A stretch of 64,000 bases of DNA from contig OZ255842.1 in assembly GCA_965277805.1 (NCBI GenBank), forward strand, positions 4,192,001-4,256,000, given 5' to 3'. This document shows, one piece after another, positions 21,426-30,630 of this stretch; position 1 is the stretch's first letter; every line of letters begins with the position of its first letter. Position numbers and translations under genes: made by a program. Origin of the DNA: Candidatus Lustribacter sp. GTDB lineage: Bacteria > Vulcanimicrobiota > Vulcanimicrobiia > Vulcanimicrobiales > Vulcanimicrobiaceae. The notes below the pieces were generated by a model. The model made no database searches. It was not told where the DNA came from and saw only the letters and a program-made list of their open reading frames with translations.

Positions 21426-22862
21426 TCAGCGCACGACGCGCAACGCGTCGCCGTAGATCGCGAGCGCGCGCGCACGCGCCGCCGCGTGGTCGACGATGGG
21501 CTCCGGATAATCGATGCCGATCCGGCAGCCCGCTTCGGCGGCGATCAGGGGCGGCATCGACCACGGCTCGTGCACGTAGCGTGTCGGAACGCGCGCGAGA
21601 ACCGGCAGTTGCGCGCGCACGAACGCCCCGTCGGGATCGAACGTCTTCCCCTGCAGCGTCGGATTGAAGACGCGGAAGTACGGCGCGGCATCGGTCCCGG
21701 TCGACGCCGACCACTGCCAGCCGCCGTTGTTCGCGGCGAGATCGGCGTCGGCCAGGTGTTGCTCGAAGAAGCGCTCGCCGCGGCGGTAATCGATCAACAG
21801 ATGCTTGGTAAGGAACGATGCCACGATCATGCGCAAACGATTGTGCATCCATCCCGTCGCCGTGAGTTGCACCATCGCGGCGTCGACGATCGGATAGCCC
21901 GTCGTGCCGGTCGTCCAGGCTGCCCACGCGCGCTCGTCGTCGCGATACGCGATCGTCTTGGCAGCTTCGAGGAACGGTTCGGTCGCGACGCGCGGCGCAT
22001 GCACCAGCAATTGGTGGTAAAAGTCGCGCCAGGCAAGCTCGCCGAGCCACGCGCCGGCTCCGTCGGCCTCACGCGCGGCCGCGACGCACGCGCGAATTCC
22101 GATCGTGCCCGCGCGCAGGTGCGGCGAGAGCCGCGAGGTGCCGTCGCGCGCCGGGAAATTGCGCGCATCGGTGTAGTCCCGGATCGGCCCGTCCACGAAT
22201 GCGCGCAGCAACGCCGTCGCCTCCGTACTTCCGCCGCGCGGATACCGCAAGGACGACGCGTGGCCGTAGTCCTCCGGTCGCGGCACGTCCGCCGTCGTGC
22301 CGATCGCGCTAGCCGGCGCGAGACGTTTGCGCGCCAGCCGCAGCGACGGCAGCGGCGGATACGCCTGCGCGTTTACGAGGACGTTCCAGCGGCGCCTATA
22401 CGGCGTATAAACGCGATAGAATCCGCCCCCTTCGGTGAGCACCTCGCGAGGCGCAGCGTAGGTAAGATCGTCGAACGCGGACACGCACAGGTTCGCCGCT
22501 TCGAGTTCGCGCGTGACGGCGGCGTCGCGAGCGCACATCGCCGGGTCGGTATCGGCATTGTAGAACACGGCTTGCGCGGGCAAACGTGCGGCGAGACGCC
22601 CGAGTTCCGCGCCGAACGCGCCTTCGAGCACGGCGAGATCGGAGCCTAGATCCCGGAGTTGTGCGCGCAACGTGGCCAGCGACTCGAAGAAAAACTGCAC
22701 GATCGGAGCACCTAAGCGGTCGCTGCGCAGCAGCGCCGGGTCGAGCACGAACGCGCACGTCACGCGCTCGCACTGCCGTGCCGCTGCGGCCAGCGCGGTG
22801 TGATCGTCGAGCCGCAGGTCGCGGCGCATCCAGACGATGCCGTGCTCGAAACGTGGGCTCAC
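21426..22862 (-). CDS. phrB: deoxyribodipyrimidine (CPD) photolyase
   Basis: 'W.RRDLRL.D', 'TSRLSP.L..G', 'EL.WRDFY', 'TGYP.VDA.M', 'WMHNRLRM', 'NNGGWQW' and 'PYFR.FNP..Q'. Confidence 0.95.
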   Translation of the reverse strand: MSPRFEHGIVWMRRDLRLDDHTALAAAARQCERVTCAFVLDPALLRSDRLGAPIVQFFFESLATLRAQLRDLGSDLAVLEGAFGAELGRLAARLPAQAVFYNADTDPAMCARDAAVTRELEAANLCVSAFDDLTYAAPREVLTEGGGFYRVYTPYRRRWNVLVNAQAYPPLPSLRLARKRLAPASAIGTTADVPRPEDYGHASSLRYPRGGSTEATALLRAFVDGPIRDYTDARNFPARDGTSRLSPHLRAGTIGIRACVAAAREADGAGAWLGELAWRDFYHQLLVHAPRVATEPFLEAAKTIAYRDDERAWAAWTTGTTGYPIVDAAMVQLTATGWMHNRLRMIVASFLTKHLLIDYRRGERFFEQHLADADLAANNGGWQWSASTGTDAAPYFRVFNPTLQGKTFDPDGAFVRAQLPVLARVPTRYVHEPWSMPPLIAAEAGCRIGIDYPEPIVDHAAARARALAIYGDALRVVR

Positions 22863-22913
22863 ACGGGTGGCGTTCGGCGGGAGCGCTGCGCTGCCCGCCG
22901 GAATCTTCCGCGA

Positions 22914-23921
22914 GTGCCGTCGCTCGAACTCTCCGCCGAACCACTCGAGTTACCGCTCGTGCACACGTTCACGATCGCGCGCTCCTCGGAGAGCGTCGCG
23001 CGCACGGTCCTCATCCGCGTGCGCTGGGGCGAGATCGACGCGCTCGGCGAGAGCTCACCGAATCCGCGCTACGACGAAAGCGTTGAAAGCGTCATGGCCG
23101 GCTTGCATGCGCGCGCGCTCGGCAACGATCCCTACGCGCTCGACGCGCTGCTGACCGGATTGCCGCCCGCGCAACGCTGCGGGCTCGACGTCGCGCTGCA
23201 CGATTGCATCGCAAAAGACGTCGACCGTCCGCTCTGGCGTTTGCTCGGCATCGATCCCGCCCGCACGCCGCTGACCTCGTTCACCGTCGGCATCGCACCG
23301 CTCGATGAGATGCTGACGAACGTGCGCGAGATCGGCACGCATCCGGTGCTCAAGGTCAAGCTTGGCGCCGGTGCGGAAATAGACACCATGGCAGCCATCC
23401 GGTCGATCTACGGCGGTACGATCCGGATCGATGCAAACGAAGCCTGGACACCGGAATCATCGGTGGCCATCCTCAACGAGCTCGAACGCTTCGACATCGA
23501 GTTCTGCGAACAGCCGATCCCGGCCGGCACGCCGGAGCGGTTACGCTGGATCCGGGAGCGCACGTCGATCCCGATCGTCACCGATGAAGATTCGAAAGAT
23601 GCAAACGACCTCTTCGCGCTGGCCGGCTGCGTCGACGGCATCAATGTCAAGCTGGTGAAGTGCGGCGGGATTCGCGGGGCGCTCGCGATGATCCACACCG
23701 CGCGCGCACTCGGTTTGAAAGTGATGCTCGGCTGCATGGTCGAGAGCGCGATCCTCTCGACGGCCGCGGCGCACCTCTCGCCGCTCGTCGATTGGGCCGA
23801 TCTCGACGGGCCGTTCCTCGTCGCTCGCGATCCATTTGACGGCATGCGTTACGCCAACGGCAAGATCGTGCTGCCCGACGGTCCGGGACTCGGCGTTGTC
23901 GAGAAAGCGGTGGCGGCATGA
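22914..23921 (+). CDS. enolase-superfamily dipeptide epimerase / N-acetyl-D-Glu racemase (DgcA-like)
   Basis: KxK (KVK), DANE, EQP, DE, KLVKCGG and DLD motifs; GTG start at 22914. Confidence 0.88.
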   Translation: MPSLELSAEPLELPLVHTFTIARSSESVARTVLIRVRWGEIDALGESSPNPRYDESVESVMAGLHARALGNDPYALDALLTGLPPAQRCGLDVALHDCIAKDVDRPLWRLLGIDPARTPLTSFTVGIAPLDEMLTNVREIGTHPVLKVKLGAGAEIDTMAAIRSIYGGTIRIDANEAWTPESSVAILNELERFDIEFCEQPIPAGTPERLRWIRERTSIPIVTDEDSKDANDLFALAGCVDGINVKLVKCGGIRGALAMIHTARALGLKVMLGCMVESAILSTAAAHLSPLVDWADLDGPFLVARDPFDGMRYANGKIVLPDGPGLGVVEKAVAA

Positions 23922-24988
23922 CGCGGCGCTACGTCGTTTTCGCGCCCGGCGCGTTCGGCGGCCGCGCGGCGAAGACGGCGCACGGCGTGATCGGCTACTC
24001 GCGCGACACGGTCGTGGCGGTCGTCGACCCGGAGCATGCGGGCAAACGCGTGCGCGAGGTCGTTCCCTACTTGAACTCCGATGCGCCGATCGTCGCGACC
24101 GTGCGCGAGAGCTTGCGCTTTGAACCGACGGCGCTGCTGATCGGGATCGCACCGCCGGGCGGCGCGTTGCCGCCGGCGTATCGCGCCGAAATCAAAATCG
24201 CGATCGAGTCGCGGCTGGAAATCGTGAACGGCCTGCACGCGTTCCTCAACGAGGATCCCGAGATGCGCGCGCTGGCCGACAAGCACGACTCGCGGATCTG
24301 GGACTTGCGCCTGCCGCCCGCCGCACCGCTCTTTTCCGGCGCGGCGTACGACGTGACGAGCCGCATCGTGCTGACGGTCGGCAGCGATTGCGCGGTCGGC
24401 AAGATGACTGCGGCGCTCGAGCTCACGCGCGCGGCGCAAGCGGCCGGAACCGCGTCCGAATTCATCCCGACGGGACAAACCGGCATCGCGATCGCGGGCT
24501 GGGGCACGTCGGTCGATCGCGTCATTGCAGATTTTGCCAGCGGCGCATCGGAACAGCTCGTGCTCGAAGGGGATCGGCGCATCAGCGCGCGCGACGGCAT
24601 TCTTTTCGTAGAAGGTCAGGGCGGCATCGCGCATCCCGGCTACGCGCCGGTCACGCTGGCGCTGCTCTACGGCTGCGCGCCCGACGCGCTCGTGCTCGTG
24701 CATCTCGTGACGCGCACGAAGGTCGACGGTTACGACATCCCGTTGCCGGGCTATCGCGCGCTGATTCGCACCTACGAAGGCTTGTGCGCGAACGTCAAGC
24801 CGGCGCGCGTGGCCGGCATCGCGCTGAACACGCACGGACTCGACGATGCCGCCGCGCGCGCGGCGATCGCCGAAGCGCGCGAGCAAACGGGCCTGCCCTG
24901 CGACGATCTCGTGCGCTTCGGACCCGACGCTTTCTACGCCGCCATCGCTCCGCAGATCGGAAAGACGCCGGTTCGCACGGATGGGTGA
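23918..24988 (+). CDS. DUF1611 family protein (DgcN-like D-glutamate N-acetyltransferase)
   Basis: 'KTA.G', 'G.A..GG', 'NGLH..L', 'TVG.DCAVGKMT', 'TGQTG' and 'VEGQG'. Confidence 0.88.
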   Translation: MTRRYVVFAPGAFGGRAAKTAHGVIGYSRDTVVAVVDPEHAGKRVREVVPYLNSDAPIVATVRESLRFEPTALLIGIAPPGGALPPAYRAEIKIAIESRLEIVNGLHAFLNEDPEMRALADKHDSRIWDLRLPPAAPLFSGAAYDVTSRIVLTVGSDCAVGKMTAALELTRAAQAAGTASEFIPTGQTGIAIAGWGTSVDRVIADFASGASEQLVLEGDRRISARDGILFVEGQGGIAHPGYAPVTLALLYGCAPDALVLVHLVTRTKVDGYDIPLPGYRALIRTYEGLCANVKPARVAGIALNTHGLDDAAARAAIAEAREQTGLPCDDLVRFGPDAFYAAIAPQIGKTPVRTDG

Positions 24989-26618
24989 ATGCGGCCGCCG
25001 CGTCGCCGCCGCCTGGGTGCTTGCAGGCCTCATCGCGCTAACCGGTTGCACGCGTGTTACGAGCACGTCCGCCGGCGGCGGCCTGCACCCGTGGACGCAG
25101 CCCGATAACTTGCGCTTGGCGAGCACGGACGAACCGGATTCGCTGAACAAGCTCTTCGCCAACAGCGATGCGAGCGATCAGGTCGCGAACCTGATCTCCG
25201 CGCCGATCTTCCGTTACGACGATGCGGGCAACTACGTGCCCGAGATGGCGCTGACCGTGCCGACGCTGCAGAACGGCGGGATCAGCCGCGACGGAAAGAC
25301 GATCGTGCTGCACTTGCGCAAAGGGATGCAGTGGGAGGACGGCGCGCCGCTCGACGCGCGCGACCTGCGCTTCACTTGGCAAGCCGTGATGAACCCGCAC
25401 AACAACACGCGCCTGCGTTCGGGCTGGGACGACATCACCGCGATCGATCTGCCCGACGACGACACCGCGATCGTGCACTTGCGCGAACCGTACGCGGCGA
25501 TACTCGGCATCTTCGCCCTCGGCGGCGCCGGCTATCCGCCGCTGCCCGCGCATGTGCTCGCAAAGCTGCCCGATCTCAACAAAGCGCCGTTCAACGCACA
25601 GCCGCTCTCGAGCGGGCCCTACGTGCTGCGGCGCTGGAATCACGGCTCCTCGCTCGAGTTCGACGCCAACCCGCGCTACTGGCGCGGTAAACCGGCGATC
25701 GCGCACATCACCTATCGCATCATTCCCAACGCCGACACGCTGTTCAACGCCCTGATCACGCACGAGGTCGACATCGACGTCGACAGCATTACCGAAACGC
25801 AGATCGCGCGGCTCGGCATGCTGACCGGATACGCAACGCAGAAGCGTCTGACGGCCAACTACCGCCACATCACGTTCAACACGCGCAAGCCCACGCTCAG
25901 CGACGTGCGCGTCCGCAAGGCGATCGCCGAGGCCGTCGACTGGGATCGTCTCAACGCGACGGTCTTCCACGGCTATAACGAACGCGCGACGACCGACATC
26001 ATGCCGACGTCGTGGGCGGCGCCGAAGATCCCGGCGTATCCGTACGATCTCGCGGGGGCAAAGCGCTTGCTCGACGCCGCCGGCTGGGTTCCCGGCGCGG
26101 GCGGCATCCGGCGGCGCAACGGCGTGCCGCTCTCCATCGACATCTCGACGACGCCGTCCAAGCCGGCCAACGTGCAGGCCGAGGTCGTGATGCAGCAAGA
26201 GCTGCACGCGGCCGGCATCGACCTGCGCGTGCGCAACTACCCGACGAGCTTGCTGTTCGCGCAAGATGGGCCGCTCTACGGCGGCACCTACGATCTCTCG
26301 CTCACGATCGATACCAACGCGCCCGATCCCGACAACGAAGGCGAATGGAGCGGCGCGTTCATCCCGCCGCACGGCGCCAACACGACCTTCCTCAACGATC
26401 CCATCATCACCGCGACGAGCCACGCCGCCGCGCAAACGTTCGATCAGACGACGCGCAAGGAACTCTACGCGCGCGAGGAAGCGCGCATTCACGAACTCGT
26501 GCCGGCGGTCTTCCTGTACTGGCAGATCGCCTACGCCGCGTACAACAGCGACCTCAAGCACTATCGCGCCGCGCAGTACCTCTCGAGCAACTGGAACGCC
26601 TGGGAGTGGTCGTTCTAG
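24981..26618 (+). CDS. peptide/nickel ABC transporter substrate-binding lipoprotein (family 5, orphan)
   Basis: Lipobox LTGC; 'LR.G..W.DG.P..A.D..FT', 'GPY....W', 'NP.YW.G.P' and 'D.RVR.AI'. Confidence 0.92.
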   Translation: MGECGRRVAAAWVLAGLIALTGCTRVTSTSAGGGLHPWTQPDNLRLASTDEPDSLNKLFANSDASDQVANLISAPIFRYDDAGNYVPEMALTVPTLQNGGISRDGKTIVLHLRKGMQWEDGAPLDARDLRFTWQAVMNPHNNTRLRSGWDDITAIDLPDDDTAIVHLREPYAAILGIFALGGAGYPPLPAHVLAKLPDLNKAPFNAQPLSSGPYVLRRWNHGSSLEFDANPRYWRGKPAIAHITYRIIPNADTLFNALITHEVDIDVDSITETQIARLGMLTGYATQKRLTANYRHITFNTRKPTLSDVRVRKAIAEAVDWDRLNATVFHGYNERATTDIMPTSWAAPKIPAYPYDLAGAKRLLDAAGWVPGAGGIRRRNGVPLSIDISTTPSKPANVQAEVVMQQELHAAGIDLRVRNYPTSLLFAQDGPLYGGTYDLSLTIDTNAPDPDNEGEWSGAFIPPHGANTTFLNDPIITATSHAAAQTFDQTTRKELYAREEARIHELVPAVFLYWQIAYAAYNSDLKHYRAAQYLSSNWNAWEWSF

Positions 26619-26637
26619 TGCTGAGCGCCCTCGAAGC

Positions 26638-27519
26638 ATGCTGAACATCGTCGAAGCGACGGGGCTGCGTACGGAACTGCGCGTGCTGCGGTCGGCAACG
26701 GCGATCGTGTCGTGGAATACGGCCTCACCGGTCGATACGCTCGAACTCACCGTCGATACCGGAACCGGCTTGCGTTCGCGGCCGCTGCCCTACGTCGTGT
26801 TCGAAGCCGGCCGCCGCGCCTCGCTCGACGGCTTCGATAACGTCGCCAAGATCGTCACCGACATCGTGAGCGCGCCCGGCGAAATCGTCGCGGTGCACGT
26901 GCAGTCGCATCGGCCGCTCATCCGGGTGGCCGCTTCGACGCGGCCGCCGGAGGCCGCGCGCGATGCGCCGCCGGCCGAAGCCGCGCGGCGCGAATTGGAC
27001 GTGCCCGAACTCTCGCAGTACGTCGATGCGTTCCCAAACGAGCGCGGCTGGTGCACGGCCGCATCCGTCGCGATGCTCGCCGGAACGTTCGGCGTGAGCG
27101 CGAGCGTCGACGCGGTTGCCGCCGCGATCTACGACCGCGCCTACAAAGGCACGGGGAATTGGGCGTTCGCGGTCGCGTACGCCGGCGCGGCCGGGCTCGC
27201 CGGCGCCGCAACGTACCTGCGCGATCTCGTGAACGTGGAGCGTTTCATTGCGGCGGGCTTGCCGCTTGCGCTGAGCGTGTCGTGGAGCGCCGGTTCACTG
27301 CCCGGCGCGCCGCTCGAACGTTCCGACGGCCACGTGCTCGTGGTGCGCGGGTTCGACGCCGGCGGTGACGTGATCGTCAACGACCCGGCCCAACCGGCCG
27401 TTCGGCACGTGTACGAACGCGCGGCATTCGCGCGCGCGTGGCTCGATCACGGCGGCGTCGCGCTGCTCGTCGCGCCGCCCGAGCGCATCGACGATCTGCT
27501 GCGCTGCGCGAACGCATGA
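26638..27519 (+). CDS. C39-like (papain-fold) peptidase family protein
   Basis: 'SQ......WC...S.AM', 'GNW.F', 'GH..V..GF' and 'VNDP' give a Cys-His-Asp triad; no signal peptide. Confidence 0.8.
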   Translation: MLNIVEATGLRTELRVLRSATAIVSWNTASPVDTLELTVDTGTGLRSRPLPYVVFEAGRRASLDGFDNVAKIVTDIVSAPGEIVAVHVQSHRPLIRVAASTRPPEAARDAPPAEAARRELDVPELSQYVDAFPNERGWCTAASVAMLAGTFGVSASVDAVAAAIYDRAYKGTGNWAFAVAYAGAAGLAGAATYLRDLVNVERFIAAGLPLALSVSWSAGSLPGAPLERSDGHVLVVRGFDAGGDVIVNDPAQPAVRHVYERAAFARAWLDHGGVALLVAPPERIDDLLRCANA

Positions 27520-28034
27520 CGATGCAGCCCGAAGCGCGCATCGTTGCGCTGCGCGAGGTCGACGACGCGCCGCTGCACGTCGTTTTGGTCGAACCCGAGA
27601 TCCCGCCCAACACCGGCAACATCGCGCGCATGTGCGCCGCGACCGGCTGCGCGCTGCACCTCATCGAGCCGTTGGGGTTCGCGATCGACGACCGCGCGCT
27701 CAAGCGCGCCGGGCTCGACTACTGGCATGCCGTACGGCTCGTGGTGCATCCCTCGCTCGAGGCGTTTCTCGCCGCCTTCCCGGCGGCGCGCTGCTGGTGG
27801 ATCGAGACGACCGGCGCCGTACCCTACGCGCGCGCGCCGTTCGGGCGCGGCGATGCGCTGGTGTTCGGCAAGGAAACGGGCGCGTTGCCGCAACCACTGC
27901 TCGACGCGCATCGCGCCCGCACGTTACGCATCCCGATGCGCGGCACGGCGGTGCGCAGCATCAATCTCTCGACCGCCGCCGGCATCGTCACCTATGCGGC
28001 CCTGGCGGCGCTCGACTTTCCCGGTTTAGCCTGA
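27516..28034 (+). CDS. trmL: tRNA (cytidine(34)-2'-O)-methyltransferase, SPOUT family
   Basis: 'PEIPPNTGNI.R', 'RAGLDYW', 'FG.ET..LP' and 'RS.NLS'. Confidence 0.94.
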   Translation: MTMQPEARIVALREVDDAPLHVVLVEPEIPPNTGNIARMCAATGCALHLIEPLGFAIDDRALKRAGLDYWHAVRLVVHPSLEAFLAAFPAARCWWIETTGAVPYARAPFGRGDALVFGKETGALPQPLLDAHRARTLRIPMRGTAVRSINLSTAAGIVTYAALAALDFPGLA

Positions 28035-28841
28035 GGCGCCGGCATAACGTGGAGCGAGCGTGGGTTTGTTCCCAGCCATAAATACCGCCCGCTGGGCCTC
28101 GCCGATCTTCTCGAACATGGAAGGATCGTCCAGACCTGGGATGCAGACGACTTCGTCGCGAGCGAGCGCGGCAAGCGAACCCGACACCAAGTCGTCGGCC
28201 GACATCATGGGCGGAAGCGTTGTCGCGTCAATCCCTTGCACGGTCAGAAACTCGGTCGATACCAGGCCCGGCAGGCAGACCTGGACCTTCACACCGGTAC
28301 CGGCCAGTTCGTGAGCAAGCGTTTGGGTAAACGTGACGAGGTATGATTTTGTCCCGGCGTAAGTCGCGCGTATCGGAAGTTTTCCGGGAACGGGCGGCAG
28401 CGTTCCGCTCATCGCGAGGAGCGATGCAACGTTGATGACGGCACCGGATCCGCGGCTGACCATTCCGGGGAGTGCCGCACGCAGCAGCCGGGTAGGAGTT
28501 ACGACCATGAGGCGGATCAACTCGTCGGCTTGCTCCGGTTCGAGCTGAACGAACGGCTTGTAGCCGCCGAATCCGGCATTGTTGACGAGCAAAGAAATCG
28601 GCTCGTCGCTTTGCAAGAGCCGTGCTTCAACCTTCGCGACATCTTGTGAACGCGTGAGATCAGCGGTAAGTACCTCCACGCGCACGCTCGAACGCAGCCG
28701 CTCAGCCAGCGCTTCCAGCCGGTCGCGCCGTCGCGCGACGGCGACCAGATCGAAGCCAGCGAGCGCTAGTTGCTCTGCGAACGCGAGGCCGATGCCCGAT
28801 GAAGCGCCCGTAACCAGAGCGCGCTGTCGAGACACTGCCAA
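28026..28841 (-). CDS. short-chain dehydrogenase/reductase
   Basis: TGASSGIG, NNAG and YxxxK (YAGTK); TTG start with GGAG SD. Confidence 0.92.
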   Translation of the reverse strand: MAVSRQRALVTGASSGIGLAFAEQLALAGFDLVAVARRRDRLEALAERLRSSVRVEVLTADLTRSQDVAKVEARLLQSDEPISLLVNNAGFGGYKPFVQLEPEQADELIRLMVVTPTRLLRAALPGMVSRGSGAVINVASLLAMSGTLPPVPGKLPIRATYAGTKSYLVTFTQTLAHELAGTGVKVQVCLPGLVSTEFLTVQGIDATTLPPMMSADDLVSGSLAALARDEVVCIPGLDDPSMFEKIGEAQRAVFMAGNKPTLAPRYAGASG

Positions 28842-28976
28842 GCGGTTCTCCCGTGGACGTAGGTTAAAGGTAACTTGAAAATTCGCTGCGCGGTCACGGC
28901 CTTCCGCTCGATTTCGGGCGCGCGCGCTCAACGCCCATCATCCGATAAATCGATTATACGCATTCCGGAAATGTGA

Positions 28977-29855
28977 TTACGAGGGCGATGGCAGGGCCGA
29001 AATCGCATCTTGCACGGCGCCGCGAATCGCATCAGCCTGGATCGGCGCGATATGGTTTACGACCGTCGGTTGCAGGCTCAACGCGTGCTTTAGGCAGTCG
29101 TAGGTTTGCAGCGATATGTGGGCCGTGGTTTGCGCGTTGGTGGCGCCGGTGGCAACGCGCGTGGTGTCGAGCGTGCCCCAGATCAGCGTTTGGGTGCCGG
29201 TCGTCGTGCATAGCGCCACGCTGTTGTTGTTGGGGTCGACCGCGGCCGAACCGCTCGCCGTGACGACGCGGAAGCCGCGCTGCTGCAACGTGTCGATCAG
29301 CGCCTGATGCGCGATCGCGCGATCGCCGTCGGCTGCGGATCCCGTGACGGTCAGCACTGCAAAGCCGCTCGCCGGCGCCGGCGTGATCAAGTCGAGGCCC
29401 GCGGCCGCGGTGCCAGGCGTGGGCGTGGCCGCAGTTTGCATCAGCTCGTCGCGCACTTGCACGCCTTGACCCGAGATGTCGTCGACGTTACGGAATTGGA
29501 ACATGCGCGACCAGACGACGGTGCCGCTGTGCGTGCTCACGAGATTCTCGATCGCCGAGAAGCCCGCGCCGACCGGCACGATCGAACCGCTGAAGTAGAG
29601 GTCGGCTCCGGCCGCGCGCGCGGCAGCGCGATACTCCGCCGGCTTCGCCGTGTTGGCGCCGAAGTCGACGCGCACGCCCCCGAGCGCCGTCACCTCGGCA
29701 GCGATCTTGGCGCTGACCCGGCTGCCGAGGTCGCCAGGCGCCGAACCGCTCACCGCAAAGGGAAAGACGACCAGCACCGGCGGTGCTGCGGAGAGCGGGA
29801 GCGCGGCGAGCGGGACCACGAGGACGGCGAGTGCGACCAGCAGACGGCGAAGCAT
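28977..29855 (-). CDS. secreted hypothetical protein with two tandem TolB-N/CsgG-like alpha/beta domains
   Basis: Signal peptide; two repeats of beta strand-helix-'G.RV'-'G.....GS/T' joined by a Thr/Pro linker. Confidence 0.65.
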   Translation of the reverse strand: MLRRLLVALAVLVVPLAALPLSAAPPVLVVFPFAVSGSAPGDLGSRVSAKIAAEVTALGGVRVDFGANTAKPAEYRAAARAAGADLYFSGSIVPVGAGFSAIENLVSTHSGTVVWSRMFQFRNVDDISGQGVQVRDELMQTAATPTPGTAAAGLDLITPAPASGFAVLTVTGSAADGDRAIAHQALIDTLQQRGFRVVTASGSAAVDPNNNSVALCTTTGTQTLIWGTLDTTRVATGATNAQTTAHISLQTYDCLKHALSLQPTVVNHIAPIQADAIRGAVQDAISALPSPS

Positions 29856-29904
29856 CCGCGCACCATTAGCGAGAGACCACGCCGCTCATGCCGAAGCATG
29901 CGTG

Positions 29905-30606
29905 ATGACGACGCAAGCACGCGCGATCGACGCGATCCAACGACGGGTCATCGCTTGCGAGCGCTGTCCCGAACTGGTGACCTATCGCGCAGACGTCGCA
30001 CGCGAGAAGCGCCGCGCCTACCGCGATCACGACTACTGGGGCAAACCCGTCCCCGCGTTCGGCGATCCGCTGGCGCACGTACTGCTGGTTGGTCTCGCGC
30101 CCGGCGCGCACGGCAGCAACCGGACGGGCCGCATGTTCACGGGCGATGCGTCCGGCGAGTGGCTGTACCGCGCGCTGCACCGCGCCGGCTTCGCCAGCCA
30201 AGCACGCCAAGTCGACCGCAACGACGGCATGGTGTTGACTGACGCGTTGATCACCGCCGCCGTGCGCTGCGCGCCGCCGGGCAATAAACCCACCACCGAA
30301 GAGCGCGCTGCCTGCATGCCGTTCCTCGCAGAAGAGCTGGCCGCGCTGCGTAATCTGCGCGTGATCGTCACGCTCGGCAAAATCGCCGACGACACCGTGC
30401 ACCGCATCGTAAAAGCTACCGGCACCTATCGCTCGCCGCGCGCGATCTTCAAGCACGGAGCGGAGACGCAGATCACGCTGCCGGGTTCGCCCGACGCAAC
30501 GATCCTCGCGTCGTATCATCCGAGCCAGCAGAACACGAGCACGAAAGTGCTCACCGAACCGATGCTCGACGCGATCTTCACCCGCGCCCGCGAACTCGCC
30601 GGATGA
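29905..30606 (+). CDS. uracil-DNA glycosylase family 5 (UdgB-like, Fe-S)
   Basis: CxxCP, 'YWGKPVP.FGD', GLAPGAHG.NRTGR.FTGD, 'RCAPP.NKP' and 'YHPSQQN'. Confidence 0.93.
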   Translation: MTTQARAIDAIQRRVIACERCPELVTYRADVAREKRRAYRDHDYWGKPVPAFGDPLAHVLLVGLAPGAHGSNRTGRMFTGDASGEWLYRALHRAGFASQARQVDRNDGMVLTDALITAAVRCAPPGNKPTTEERAACMPFLAEELAALRNLRVIVTLGKIADDTVHRIVKATGTYRSPRAIFKHGAETQITLPGSPDATILASYHPSQQNTSTKVLTEPMLDAIFTRARELAG

Positions 30607-30630
30607 GCGCCGTCATTGGCCCCATGGGGC

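Noticed and set aside
28026-28976. SDR gene and AT-richer upstream region as a mobile element
   Set aside because: Composition looks slightly different, but there is no transposase, terminal repeat or target duplication
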